Notes under the pieces: model-generated
Databases searched by the model: none
Told to the model about the DNA's origin: nothing
Seen by the model: the letters and a program-made list of their open reading frames with translations, nothing else
Part shown: piece after piece, positions 1-13,622 of the stretch
Layout of the letters: the number at the start of each line of letters is the position of its first letter
Position numbering within the stretch: the first letter of the stretch is position 1
NCBI GenBank assembly: GCA_951406725.2
Contig: OX597817.1
Span: forward strand, 39,866,001 to 39,930,000
DNA from: Octopus vulgaris
Lineage: Eukaryota
DNA length: 64,000 nucleotides
Direction of reading: 5' to 3'
Program-made: the position numbers and the translations under genes

Positions 1-280
1 GTATAATATTGAGGTTCCCATTTTGTTTAATGAATAAATAATCCAAAATTCTAATATCCGAAAGTTGATGAACAAACTAAACTTGTTTCTCCATTTTCTT
101 ATTTGTATTATAAATTTACAGTAAAAATATTTCTTTACCTTCACCCGTTTAATACAATAAGTGGGTTAATTGCATTGCAATTAAAAACATTTATGTATTA
201 AGAATCTGGGTACTTTACCGACAGTATATTGTATAAATACTATCCCATAGTGGGTTACACCCCTAACCCCTATCTTACTT

Positions 281-322
<42 letters not shown>

Positions 323-802
323 CAATAATAATAAGGGGTAAAATTAATAATTAATAATTTTACCAAGTAGTTTGGTATGTTAAAAGAACCATTATCAGTA
401 AACTTATACAAAAATTCTATAATTATAAGTATAATTATAATTAGGGTTCAGCAAAATTTGCTTCACCACATACCGAAATTTAGAAATAGCAGTTAAAACT
501 ACTATTTCACTACCATAAGAATTTCTTTTGTAGTTAGGTATGTGGTGAAGCAAGTTTTGCTGAACCCTAATTATAATTATACTCATAATTATAGAATTTT
601 TTTGTGTGTGTGTGTAGACAGTGGTATGCAATGTTTACCAAAACGGAAAGCCATAATTGTCACTGAATATAACTAAGGTGTTAGAAACACCTACATTGCT
701 AGAAATAAGAGCTAAAATGCTCTAATGCTGTAGTCAAAGCACATAATTGTATACATATATACTGGTAGGGACTATAAGTGTCAGAAAACATTAATCAAGA
801 AT

Positions 803-851
803 TCCTTATATGGGTGTGTTTTGACAATTTCAATTGCCTCATCAGTAAGGA
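803..851 (-). ncRNA. Decayed type I hammerhead ribozyme motif (probably from a Penelope-like pLTR)
   Basis: Minus strand reads UCCUUA-CUGAUGA-GGCAAU(UGAA)AUUGUC-AAAAC-ACACCC-AUA-UAAGGA: 6-bp stem I, intact CUGAUGA, 6-bp stem II; GAAA is mutated to AAAA. Confidence 0.55.
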
Positions 852-1125
852 CAGGCTTGACTTCATCAGATTCCAGACCTGATTCTCTGTCAGTATATAT
901 ATAATAATTTATGGATGATTTAGTGAACTGCAGTGTTTTATTGGGGTCACAGCTAAATGAATGTGTAGGATATGAATTGATTGCTTATTGCTAATGCTTT
1001 AGTAGTGCTTGACAAACTTGTATCTCTTGTGGCTCTTGACGTTCAAATGAATATTTCATATGGTTATTAACAGTTAAAATATCCTAAGTAATTTACTGTA
1101 TAAATTGCTGTATGATTTGCTAGTT

Positions 1126-1190
<65 letters not shown>

Positions 1191-1214
1191 TAAATGTATG
1201 TATGTATGTACATA

Positions 1215-1431
1215 CAAGGGAGTGCTGAAAAGTTCCAAGCTTTGGATGAAATAAAATACAGGCGGATCAGTTAATTATAATTTTATTCAGCATATTCCTC
1301 TCTCAGATTTACACATTTATTACAATGGCCCTTCAGTTTTTCTATGTCCTGAGAAAGAACTCTAAAGTTTGGGCCTACAACCAGGCTTTTCACAATATCC
1401 TTAAAGCCAGGAACTTTTCAGCACACTCTTG
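1215..1431. mobile_element. Tc1/mariner-type MITE
   Basis: 22-bp TIRs CAAGGGAGTGCTGAAAAGTTCC / GGAACTTTTCAGCACACTCTTG (2 mismatches); TA on both flanks. Confidence 0.85.
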
Positions 1432-1618
1432 TATGTGTGTGTGTTTATACATAAAATGTGCATGCACAATGCTTTCTGCAAATCTGTAAAGAATCTCAGT
1501 GCAAATATATATTCACTACAGAAAAATGTGTACTTAGACATATATGTAAAAGTACAAATTTGAGTGATTTAGGGCAATATTATCTTTTTGTTATTTATTC
1601 TCTCTAATTTTTTTACAG

Positions 1619-1783
1619 GATATGGTCAAACGTTCTGAGAAAATATCTTCTGATTGCAAACACTTTGAAGAAGCCTACAAGACTGCTGATTCTTGGATTG
1701 ATTCAGCATCCCAAAAGTTAGCCCAGTGTTCAAATGTAACCAGAGATAGAAATTTGATAGAAAAGCAGCTAGAGAAATTACAG
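1619..1783 (+). CDS. Spectrin-repeat exon 1 (165 nt, DMVKRSEK...QLEKLQ)
   Basis: tttttacag|GAT ... TTACAG|gtattt; 55 codons, open, phase 0/0; absent from ORF track. Confidence 0.9.
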
Positions 1784-4700
1784 GTATTTTTGTCTTTTTA
1801 ATTGGCTGATGTAACCTATTGTCCAGTTTAATGCTATCAGCTGGCTCTTGGGTACCTTTAACAGAGTTTATTGTGTTTATGTGTATTTTGTCTAGATATT
1901 TGATCTGAAAATAATGTTCTTCCTTTCCCACCAGTTTCAAGTGTCTGAAAGAAAAAAAAAACATTGAGCCCCTAGTTAAAGATTAATTAACTACATTTCA
2001 GATGTGTTGAGGGCAAACAGCTGAGTAGACATCATATTGAACTACCAAACATTAGTTTGTGAGTTCAAATCTGAAAAAGTATTTGTGATATTTCTGGATA
2101 ATGTTTTACTCTACATAATCTTAGATGATAGGTACTAAGTTATTTTGGATTGATAAACTGGCATCCTATCCAAGAGAGAATGTGTCTCTCATCTGCTTCC
2201 AACCAAGAAACTGAATTTAAGCATCAACTTCTTTGAGTCCTCAAAGAATTTCAGAGTTGAACTGTTGTTAGTTGAGGTATGTTGGTGCTCGTCAGACAAT
2301 TCTATGTCCTTTCAAATCTTAATTTAAAATCTGGGTTCAGTCTTAGTCCGTGGGACCTAAGTGTCTTCTATTATAGTTTCAAGCCAACTAATGCTTTATG
2401 AGTGAATTTGGTTGACAGAAACTGTGTGGAAATTATAAGACGGCGAACTGGCAAAAACGTTGGCACGCCAGGCGAAATGCTTAGCAGTATTTCGTCTGCC
2501 ATTATGTTCTGAGTTCAAATTCTGCCAAGGTCGACTTTGCCTTTCATCCTTTCTGGGTCGATAAATTATGTACCAGTTATGCACATGGGTCGATGTAATC
2601 GACTTAATGCCTTTGTCTGTCCTTGTTTGTCCCCTCTATGTTTAGCCCCTTGTGGGCAATAAAGAAATAAGAAACTGTGTGGAAGCCCATCATATATATG
2701 TGTGTGTGTGTGCATGTGTGTGTTTGTATCTGTGCTATTCATTCCACTACTGCTTGACAACTGGTGTTGGTTTGTTCCCATTCCTTGAACTTAGTGGTTT
2801 GGTCATAGAAACTAATAGACTGTTTACTGTAGTCGATTTGTTTGATTAAAACCCTTCAAAACAGTGCCCCACATAGCCACAGTCTAAATAACAAACAAGC
2901 AGAAGAGAAATATAGATTTATTTTGTAATATTCTTTTAAATTGTCTTCATTTCAAGTACACAATTTAGTTTCTTCCATTGATTATTTCTTTCAATTTCCA
3001 TCTCCTTCAAAAATTGTCTATCAATAAAAGTATCTATACTTTTTAAATACTTTATTTATATATGCTTTATATAATCTTCATATATACTTTATATATTCTT
3101 CTATATATACTTTATTCATATAGAAATCTTCTTTGTTTTCTAAATTGTGATGAGAGTCACGACACCCCCTTGCAAGAAATAGACTGGACCAAGTGATTAT
3201 AAGTAGTAGCAGTCGGAGTGATGTTTGTGTGTTAGCTTGAATTGAGTTCACAGTAAAGTTAGAAGGTGTCGGTTGGTTAGTTCATTTGAAATATTGATTG
3301 TTGTTTGATGTAGAGATTGTCAGATCATTACATTGTTATTATGGCTGCATTGTTATCTTGTTTACTGCTACAACACTGGTACAATGTATCTAAACCATCT
3401 GTCACAATATTGTGGTGGTACCATGATGATGGAGACAGAAGATACGACATTTGGTGACGAGTTTTGAAGCTCATGTAGGTTATTTAACAATTTGTTTGTG
3501 ATACAACTTGTTAAATGATGGAATACCTATTAGTCTCTATAATACAGTTTCAAAAGTAACAACAAGAACAGCAACAGGAGTTGCAGAAGCAACTAGTACA
3601 GCAACAACTACAACAATAGCAATTGCTAGAGCTATATGCAAAGAAGTCCAAAAATGCAGTAAGTTTGTTTTTGCCAGATGACATAACAAAATTCATTTAT
3701 AGCCCAGAGGAGGGTGTAACCTTTGCAGCATACTACAGAACGTATGAGAAGATTTTTAAGGAAGATTGCAAGACACTGTTGGACAAAGAAAAAGTAGGGT
3801 TATCATTATGTAAATTATCTCTGTCTGAACATGAACAATACTGTAATTTCATGTTGCCCCAAAAGTCTAGTGAAATTTGTTTTCAAGAAACAATCAAATT
3901 ACTGCCCAACATGTTTGGTGATAACTTAACCTCTCTACTTAACACTCGAATGGAGTGTTGGAATGTAACTAAAAAAAAAGGATGATGACTTTATTACATA
4001 TCCAAGAACAGTCAACACAATGTGTGAAAGTTTTAAACTTAAAGAACTTACTGCTGCGATGTTTAATTGCCTCATTTTTGTATAAGGCCTTACAGCAAAT
4101 GAAGATACAGAAATACAGGCAAGAATTCTTTCAAAACTTGAACAAGCGAACCAAGATTTAACCCTGTAGACAGTTGCAGAAGAGTGTCAAAGGATGGTAA
4201 AACTGAAACACAATGTAAGAAAAATTCAAGAAAAGGATTTCACAAAAATACAGATATGTCGACTGAGAAAGTATAACTAAAGAAGATTGCTAGGTCCTAA
4301 TCCCTGTTACAGATGTAGAAGCCTACATTTCAGAAAAGATTGTCCTTTTAAAGACCAAAAATGTTACAGTTGTCAAAAATTTGGACACAAGAGTTCACAT
4401 TGCAGAACAAAAGTACAAAAGTCAATTGTAAAAAATTCTAAAGTGTTCTCAGCAGAAAGTAAAATTGACTCCCATATGAGGAAATTTGTATGCATAAAAG
4501 TAAACAGAGTAAATATTGAATTACAACTAGATACTGGTAGTGACATTTCAATCATTACACTGACACTTGGAAGAAAATCGGGAAACCTATGTTTAGAAAA
4601 ACTGCAAAACCTGCACAGAGCATGACAGGTGACAAACTACACTTTGTGGGTAAAATATGGAATAATGTCACATTTCAAGGAAAAACATGCAAGGCGAAAG

Positions 4701-7700
4701 TTTTCATTGTAAAGAATGCAACCAATCTGTTTGGTACTGACTGGTTGGAGTTATTTGACTTATGGGATCTCCCAATAAGCTGGTACTGTAAAGATTTAAA
4801 TGGCTACCCAACCAGTAAAAAGAACTCAGCAGCTGAATTGAAGAAAAAATTAATTAAAAACATTATGTGCAATGTTATTCACGAACTGCCAGTGGCAGTG
4901 CATGATACAAAATTGAAATCTACAGAGGATAATTACATTACAAGAATGAAAGAAATGTTGGAAAATATGCAAAATAGGAATACAAATTCAGATAATTTTT
5001 CACTATTCAATGATGTTTTAATATACGTGCAAGGAGCAGTAGTACTAACTGCACTAAAGAAACAAGTGTTGCAGGAATCCCACAGTGGACACCCAGGAAT
5101 GTCAAGAATGAAATCTTTAATGAGTAGCTATGTATATTGGCTGACAATGAACTGGGACATTGAAAATTGTGTAAAATTATGTAGAGGTTGTGTGCTAGCA
5201 GCCAAAGCACCACTGGTGAAATACCAATCATAGCCTGAGATGGATAGTACATGGACCAGAGCACATATTAACTATATTGGATTGGTGAACAGCACATTAT
5301 ATCTAATCATTGTTGATAGTGTTACAAAGTGGCCAGGGGTATGAAGGTGCAATAAGCCAAATGCAAAGACAACAATAAAGTTCCTGTATGAATTATTTGC
5401 CTGATATGGTGTTCCAAACACGTTGGTATCAGATAATGGAAGACAATTTACGGGTAGTGAATTCAGTTTCTGCAAAATACATGCGATAAAGCATATTTTT
5501 ACCCCACCCTACCACCCAAGGTCAAACGGGTAGGTTGAAAGGTTTGTTAATACTTTCAAGCAAGCAGCAAAAAAAGCAAGAGATGACAAAATGCTAATGA
5601 AATTCTTGAGGGTATATAGAGTAACACCCAATCTGAATACTAGTTTGGGTAAATCTCTGGCAGAGTTAATGTTCACATGAAATATAAAATCAATTTTCAA
5701 TAAATTATTGCCAGAAAAAAATGTATTTAAATGAAATACAGAAAAGGTAACAAAACATTTTGAAATAGGAGATAAAGTTAATTTTAAAATTTACAAAAAT
5801 AGTAGAGAAGGCTGGTAGGATGGTTTTGTAACTAAAAGATTAGGAAACATGATGTATATAATTAAAGGACAACATTGGGAACATAAGAGACACCTAAACC
5901 AATTAAAGACAGGACATACTGAAAAACGAAAGGCGATACCAATGGAAGTCTTCTATGACATGTTTGAGGTGGCAGCACTGAAAGAGATTGAGCCTCATAG
6001 AAGCAGCAGTGGAAAAAGGAAAAAGACTGTACACTTAGAAATATTGCCAAAATGAAAAGGTTATTAAATTTTCTTAAAAAAAAAAAAGAGGGAGAAGTGC
6101 TGGAAAAAGAAAAAAAATTAATTTCACTTCTTACGGAAGTTGAAATTTCAAAAGGGGAGATGTTGTGATAAGAGTCATGACGCCCCCTTGTGAGAAATAG
6201 ACTGGACCGAACAATTATAAATAGTAGTGGTCAGAGTGACGTTTGTGTGTTAGTTCGAATTGAGCTCACAGTGAAGTCAGAAGGTGTTGGTTGGTTAGTT
6301 TGTTTGGAAAATTGATTATTGGTTTGTGAAGAGATTGTTGGGTTGTTACATTGGTATTACAGCTGCATTATCTTGTTTACTGTTACAACACTGGTACAGT
6401 GTATCAAAACCATCTTTCACAAAATTGTGGCAGTATCACAACATTTGGAGATGGAACATACAACACTATATAAGGACCTATTCATTCATTGTTTTTCGCT
6501 TGTTCACTTTCACTTTCTTTCCTTTACTCATTCATATTTTTATCCTTTTTTTCATTCTTTAAACACAATTTCTCTCTCTCTCTTTCTTTCTTACAACTCT
6601 AATCTCTTTTTTTCTAGCATCTCCTTTCAGTTAGCTTTTCTCATACCTTTTCCTTTAGATTTTGTATCCCTGTTCTATTCTATTTTCACCTCCATTTTAT
6701 ATTTTAAGGAGCTAATTATAACAAAAGAAGAAGGCCAGTTACTGACACATGCTGCCATCATGTCTGGAGAGCAGCTGAAGCCTATAATCTCTCAAGAAAG
6801 CCGTATAGATTTACAAACAAGACTTAAGAATCTACAGCAGAAGTGGGACCAACTGGTTAAGAATATGACAGAATGCAAAGTTACATTGGAGAGTGACTTA
6901 CTTCAATGGAGTGACTACAATGAAAGTTGCAAGCAAGTGCAGAAATGGTTGGATACAATGGACAAGAAGATGCATCACGACCAACCCATGAGAATTGATC
7001 TTGCTGAGAAAAAGGGTCATCTTCAAAAGATGAAGGTAAGGATCAGTATTTTAAATTTAAAGCTAAGTAGGCACTGGTATGGATATATGGTTAAGAAAAT
7101 TGCTTCCAAACCATGTGGTCTTGGGTTCAGTCCTACTGTCTGGCATTTTGACCAATTGTCTTCTACTATAGTTCCAGGCTGACCAAAGCCATATGAGTGG
7201 ATGTGACAGATGGAAATTGAAAGAAACCCATTGTGTGTGTGTGTGTTTTGAAACATTTGAAACTTGAAGCACTAAAGTTATAAATAACATGAAAAATATT
7301 GGGATAAAAACCCCTTTGGACAGAAGAAAAAGTCAAAAGCTGCTATGGTTCTCATTGTTCCAAAAAACAAAAGAATTACTTCATGTTCATCTTGAAGTTT
7401 CTAAATTCTTATGGCATCAATAATTGGTAAAGTCAAACAGAATAGAACAGGGATACAAGATCTAAGGGAAAAGGTATGAGAGAAGCTAACTGTACGGAGA
7501 TGCTAGAAGAAAGGGATTGCTTTGGTCCAATAGTAGAACATCTGTCATGTTTACAGATGCAGGATTATGTCTAATGGGCAACCTTTGACTTTTTCTATCC
7601 AGAGGGGTTTTTAACTCAATATTTACAAGCTTTATCTACTTTAAGTTTCATTGTTCATAAAAAAATAAATATTTCACGTTCATTTCAATTCTAAATTCTT

Positions 7701-10700
7701 ATAATGTCAACAATATGTGTGTGTTTGTATGTACCATTGTTTGAACATCATATGATGGTTGTAAATGAGCATCATTGTTGTACAAGTGAGGTTCATTGGG
7801 AAAATATTTCCTTGCTTAGAAGCAGATGAGGGTTGGTGACAGGATGAGCACTCTGTTATAGAAAATCTTCTTCAACAAATTCCATCTGACCCATGCAAGC
7901 ATTGAAAAGTGGACATCAAAATGATGGTGGTGATAAAATCATAGAAGAGAGCACCCTTATAAAATACCAGTGTGTTCAACATGTGGGGAATTACAACCGT
8001 GTTTCATGGTCTGCCACCACAACAGCTCCTTTATAGGATCCAGTTAGCTCAAGACATCATCAGGAGGAACCACATCTGGTTTTGGCCCCTACTCCTCTAC
8101 CATTTTGACGTGGTGTGCCCAACCCCTTTCGGGGGCGTCTTCGGTTCTGGTGTTGGGTGCATGTCTTCTTTCTTCTGTTCCCTGGCCTCTTCAAGTGTCA
8201 TCCAGCGACTGACTGACTTGTCAGATTTTTCCCCTTTAGATACCTGCCACATGACAGTGTCTCAACTTTAACTGACCAATGAAAGCACATAGTCTTAGCC
8301 CACGCATTCTCTAAATGACCATCACCTGTCAGTCAGCGAAGCTAATTCAGTGTCAGCTTGTCTCACCTAGTGATGTTATTTCCTGCTGGCATGTTATAAC
8401 TTTCAAGCCATTTTTGGTCTTACAAATGCAGAACGGTTCAAGCTGTAATAGTTTGTCTCTGAGAAACATTGGAACATTTCTCAAAGTGATTCGTGTATTA
8501 TAAATGTTACACACATTAGTACATTCATCTAAAACTGTTTCAAGTGTGTGTTTTAACAAACCCAGGGCTTGTAAGTTTCTGATAGGGGTAAGTTAAAGGG
8601 AAAGACAATCATATTAAACACCAAGTGTTTAAAACAAGGTCAAAGGTCCTCTCTGAGCCATAGGTTCACAAGGCCAGTTTCCCAGGTTCTGTGGTTTATA
8701 TACCTGCCACCCCCACTGGATGCCAGTCCATCACAGGGTTACTCAGCTGAGTGAACTGGAGCAATGTAAAATGAAGTGTATTTCTCAAGAATACAATATG
8801 CCACCCAGTCCAGGAATCATACCACAGTCTAAGGACATGAGTGCTACACCCTTACAACTAGGCCACATGCTTCCACAGTCACCAAGTGTAGAATGGAGCA
8901 TTGTGAACTTGTCTTCTCACAATGCTCAAAACACCTCATGATTGTGTGCAAAAGCCCATAGAGAAGGTCTATAAATGCATGCCACCCATCTCAACAATTG
9001 TTTACACAAATAAAAAAGATAGGTCCTGCTGGTCACTACTACTGGGCTGAATAACTGTAGACTATATCAGATCTTATATCTTGGAGATATCTGCACCCTA
9101 ATATAGGAGAAAGACTACTCAAATACATTGATGTTATTGGCAGCGAAGACACTTTCCCAAGGTTCCACACTGAACCCAGAGCCATGTGGTTTGGGAGCAA
9201 CTTTTTACCACCCTTTCAATACTGATTTGAAAGGAAACAGTTGAGTGACTTACATAGAAACCGTCTATATTTCATACGTAGAGATACTATGATATGTGGA
9301 GGTGCATGACATAGTGGTTAGGGTGTTGGACTCATGATCATAAGAGTATGGTTTTGATTCCTGGACTAGGCAGCGTGTTGTGTTCTTGAACAAGACACTT
9401 CAATTCATGTTGCTCCACTCCATTCAACTGGTAAAAACGAGTAACTTTGTGACAGACCGGCATTCCATCCAGGGATGAATGTAAATGTCAGAGAAACCAG
9501 GAAACCATTCCTATACTCTTTATGAAGTAAGGTGAACTGTACCATATACCATAATATAATATTTCTCTTTGATTAACTAATATGGGAAAAATGTTTGTTT
9601 AGAAATATTTTCCTGTAATCACTGACTCAAAGGAAACGTTGAATGTTTTACATGGATATTTGCTACATTAGAATCATCATCATCTAAATGTCCATGTTCC
9701 ATGCTAAGCATGGTTTGGATGGGTTGACAAGATTTGATGGGCCCAAGGACTGCACCAGCCTCCAGTGTCTGCATTGGTATGGTTTCTGTGGCTGGATGCT
9801 CTTCCTAATGCCAACCAATTTGCAGTGCATAGTGGGTGCTTTTCATGACACCAGCAATAATGGGGATCACATTCAGTTTGCAAGAATATGATCCCTAGAT
9901 GGGGGTGGATTCTTTTCTAGGAAATGAGGGGTTAATGTGTGAGAAGAGGGGCTAGAACTGAACAAGTTTCTTGGTACAACGATACCACCCACTCTCTCTC
10001 TTAGAGGTTCTTGTCTTGTGAGCTCATGGGTGATTGTGCCATGTAGAATGCACCTGTATTGGTTTCATGTAATGAATACATGTATCAGTTTCATGTAAAA
10101 AGCACCCATGCTGGGGCCACATAGAAAACCAGCCATGTGCCAATACCACATAGAAAGTACCTGTGTCAATATCCTGGAGAAAATACCTGTGCCAGTGCCA
10201 CATACAAAGCACCTGTACTGGTGTCACATGATAGCACTAGTGCAGGTGCCATATAAAAAGCACCTAATACATTCTGTAAAGTAGTTAGCATTAGGAAGGG
10301 CATTCAGCCATTGAAACCATGCCTAAACAGATATTTGGAACCTGGTGTAGCCTTCTGGCTTGCCAGTTCCTGTCAAACAATCCAGCCCATACCAGGATGG
10401 AAAATGGATGTTAAATGATGATGGTGATAATGATGAGTAGGATAGATCAGATGGGGTTAGAAAGAGATGAAAATAGTAACAAAGTGTCTGGGTGGCCCCT
10501 CAAGGTACAAAGTGAATAAAAGTGAATGGGGGACAGAGGCAGCTACATCTTAGGCATTGGGATGAAATGATATGATATTCCTCTTTGATGTCCTTATGAG
10601 GACAAAATTGCTGTCTGGAAATATTTTCTGCTAATCATTCTCAAATTAAGCAATAAATTATTTACTTACACTTAACAAAATAAAACACATCTATTTGTGC

Positions 10701-13544
10701 TGTTAGAGAACGTTTTTCTATTGTTGATTTTAAATTATTTCATCTATTAGCAGAGCATAATTGAATTAATGATGTAGCTTATTTATTTTATGATAATTCA
10801 CAGACATTATTAACTTCGCTTTCAATATTGATATGAAATATTACAGCAATATCTCTCTGAAGTAAACTTTTATGTTAGGTTTTATGTGCTCTGAATATCA
10901 GTACTGACATGTCAACTAATAACTATGTTATTATTTTCTAGGAAAAATCAACATTGGAATTTACTTCTCTATAATTTTATTTATATATCAATAATATTTC
11001 TTAAATAACTTTTCAGAATATCTGTCATATGATATAATATATTATTTATTAAAAACTATAAATTGCTTTTACAGTTTCTTTGCAATCAATCATAAGCCTT
11101 AAATTGCTAAATATATTTTTATTCTCTTTCTAGAACATCTACCAAGATATTATTTCCTATTCTGCTATTATTGACTCCGCTGTACTTAAAGGTCAAGAAC
11201 TGAACTCACTTGACAGTACTGATGGAGCATCAACAGATATTTCCAAGATATCCAGTCAATATGATTCTGTCAAAGAGTTGGCACAAGTATGTTATAGTTG
11301 TTTTTATTTTTACATCATTATTTTGAAAACAAAAATATTACTCAGCTAAAATAGCAATTAACAAATGATATTAGACTAATTAGTCTGTAATTAATTATTA
11401 AATTGTAATAACAGTATCAAAATTTTGATTAATTGCTGCAAAAAGAATTATTAGAACCAAGCCACGTGTTATGTAATTACTGCTGTGTATAATCATTATG
11501 GCACCAACCATAATATGTATATGATCATTATAAAGCCATTATGCATTTCAATTTCATAAATTTTCCAATTGCAATATTGTTTTTCCTCATTTTTATTTTA
11601 TTCTATTTTCATTGATATTTATTTTTCTCTAGGGTCAACTGAGCACTGCTGAATTGCAAGTGGCTCAACAGCAAAACTTCATTGATTCTGCTGACCACTT
11701 CAAAAGTTGGTTGAAGAGTGCCAAAGAGTCTCTTAGCATTTGCTCTGACACAGCTGGAGATAAGTCAACTATACTGATGAAAACCAATAAATTGAAGGTA
11801 ACATTTACTTGCTGTGTTTACTCATGTATAAATCATTATCTTATAATCGATTTTAATTACAAAAACTGTCTCATAACTTATACTTAAGGCAAAGATCGAT
11901 TTTAATTACAAGAAATGTCATAACTTATACTTGAGGCAAAGATAAAACTATGAAAGGACAAAGTTTTGTACCAAGATTTAAAACCAAATTAGGGATCCAA
12001 CTTAATCACATGAATAAATATAGCAGTTATTTTAATTATTTTAATTTTGACACAAGGCCAGCAATATTTTTAAGGGGAGGGGAACTCAATTACATCAACC
12101 CTGGTGCTTAACAGATGTTTCTGTTATCAATCATGAAAGGATAAAAGGCAAAGTTCACCTTGGCTGCATTTGTAAAGAGCCAGAAGAAATGCTGTTAAGT
12201 GTTTCATCTAGCATGCAAACTATTCTGTCAATTCACTGCCTTAATTGCTTTAATTGAATTAATGTCTATATTATCAAGAAAGATTCTGGGAATACATTTG
12301 TATACTCTCATAAATTCATATTCCCATGATCAACAGTAAACATGGTACGTGGTTAAAAGGATTTATCTTGCAATTACATCATTCTGAGTTGCATCCCACT
12401 GCTCCATAGACTCATGACTTCAACCATGGCCTTGGACTGACCAATACAATGCCAGTGGAATTTGGTAGACAGAATCTTTATACATATGTGTGCTTGCATC
12501 TGCATGTATGTACCTTTCAAAATTGTATATTGATGAAATATATAAATACCCATGAGGAATATGATAAACTGGTGCCTTTGAACAAAGTCCCTTGTGATAT
12601 TCATTCTTTCCAAGTTGCACAATGTCCCTTGTCTCTTTTCACTCTTGCCACCATAAATCCAGTGAACCAGTCATTGAGCCATTGAGAAACTAACCAATTA
12701 TACTATTACTCTCTCTTTTCTCTTTTACTCGTTTCAATCATGTGACTGTGGCCATGCTGGAGCACCGCCTTTAGTCGAACAATTCGATTCCAGGACTTAT
12801 TCTTTGTAAGCCCAGTACTTATTCTATCGGTCTCTTTTGCTGAACCACTAAGTTACGGGGACATAAACACACCAGCATCGGTTGTCAAGCGATGTTGGGG
12901 GAACAAACACACACACACGCATATACAATGGGCTTCTTTCAGCTTCCGTCTACCAAATCCACTCACAAGGCTTTGGTCAGCCCGAGGCTATAGTAGAAGA
13001 CACTTGCCCAAGGTGCCACGCAGTGGGACTGAACCCGGAACCATGTGGTTCGGAAGCAAGCTACTTACCACACAGCCACTCCTATGCCTATTATTATTCA
13101 TAAAATAGAAAAGAAAATGTATATAAAGGCTAGCAGTAAAAACGTCTTAAGACATTGTAAGGCCAATAACAGTGCATTCTCAATGACTTCATAACTCATG
13201 AGAAAAATGAAGTGCCTGACAATATTTTTAACAATAGTATTTTGTCTTTTCTTGTTATCAAACTTCGTTTTATATTGTAAAATCTATTACTTTATATGCT
13301 TGCTTTGCAACCATCATGTGGTTACAGGTTCAGTTCTAATGTTTGGCCCCCTTGGGCAATTATATTTCTATTGTAGCTCTGAGCTGACTAATACCTTCTC
13401 AAAGAATTTGATAGAAAGAAACTGTGTAGAAGCCTGTCATTTGTGCATATATGTGTTTGTGTGTATATATATGTGTATATATATGTGTGTATATATATAT
13501 ATATATATTATGTATATATATTATATATATATATATATATATTA

Positions 13545-13622
<78 letters not shown>

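Larger units (their letters stand above)
3145..6465 (+). mobile_element. Ty3/gypsy LTR retrotransposon (Mag-like), degenerate, with RT/RNase H deleted
   Basis: LTRs at about 3145-3449 and 6161-6465 (3' LTR TGTTGT...ACAACA). PBS TGGTGACGAG at 3452; PPT AAAAGGGGAGA at 6150-6160. Gag zinc knuckles [13 protein letters not shown] and [14 protein letters not shown]; protease LDTGSD; integrase HSGHPG...CRGC, VSDNG and HPRSNG*VER. Many stops and frameshifts. Possible TSD CTAAA/CTATA. Confidence 0.92.

Noticed and set aside
259-272. CCCCTAACCCCTA telomere-like word
   Set aside because: Only one or two imperfect units; chance level.
1626-1964. Minus-strand ORFs overlapping exons (also 18562..18801, 33293..33529, 38999..39205, 47026..47394)
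   Set aside because: Antisense shadows of the + strand exons with no independent coding features.
12882-13103. Recurrent ORF family ...[34 protein letters not shown] (also 56561..56755, 58880..59239)
   Set aside because: Antisense translation of SINE family A, not a protein family.
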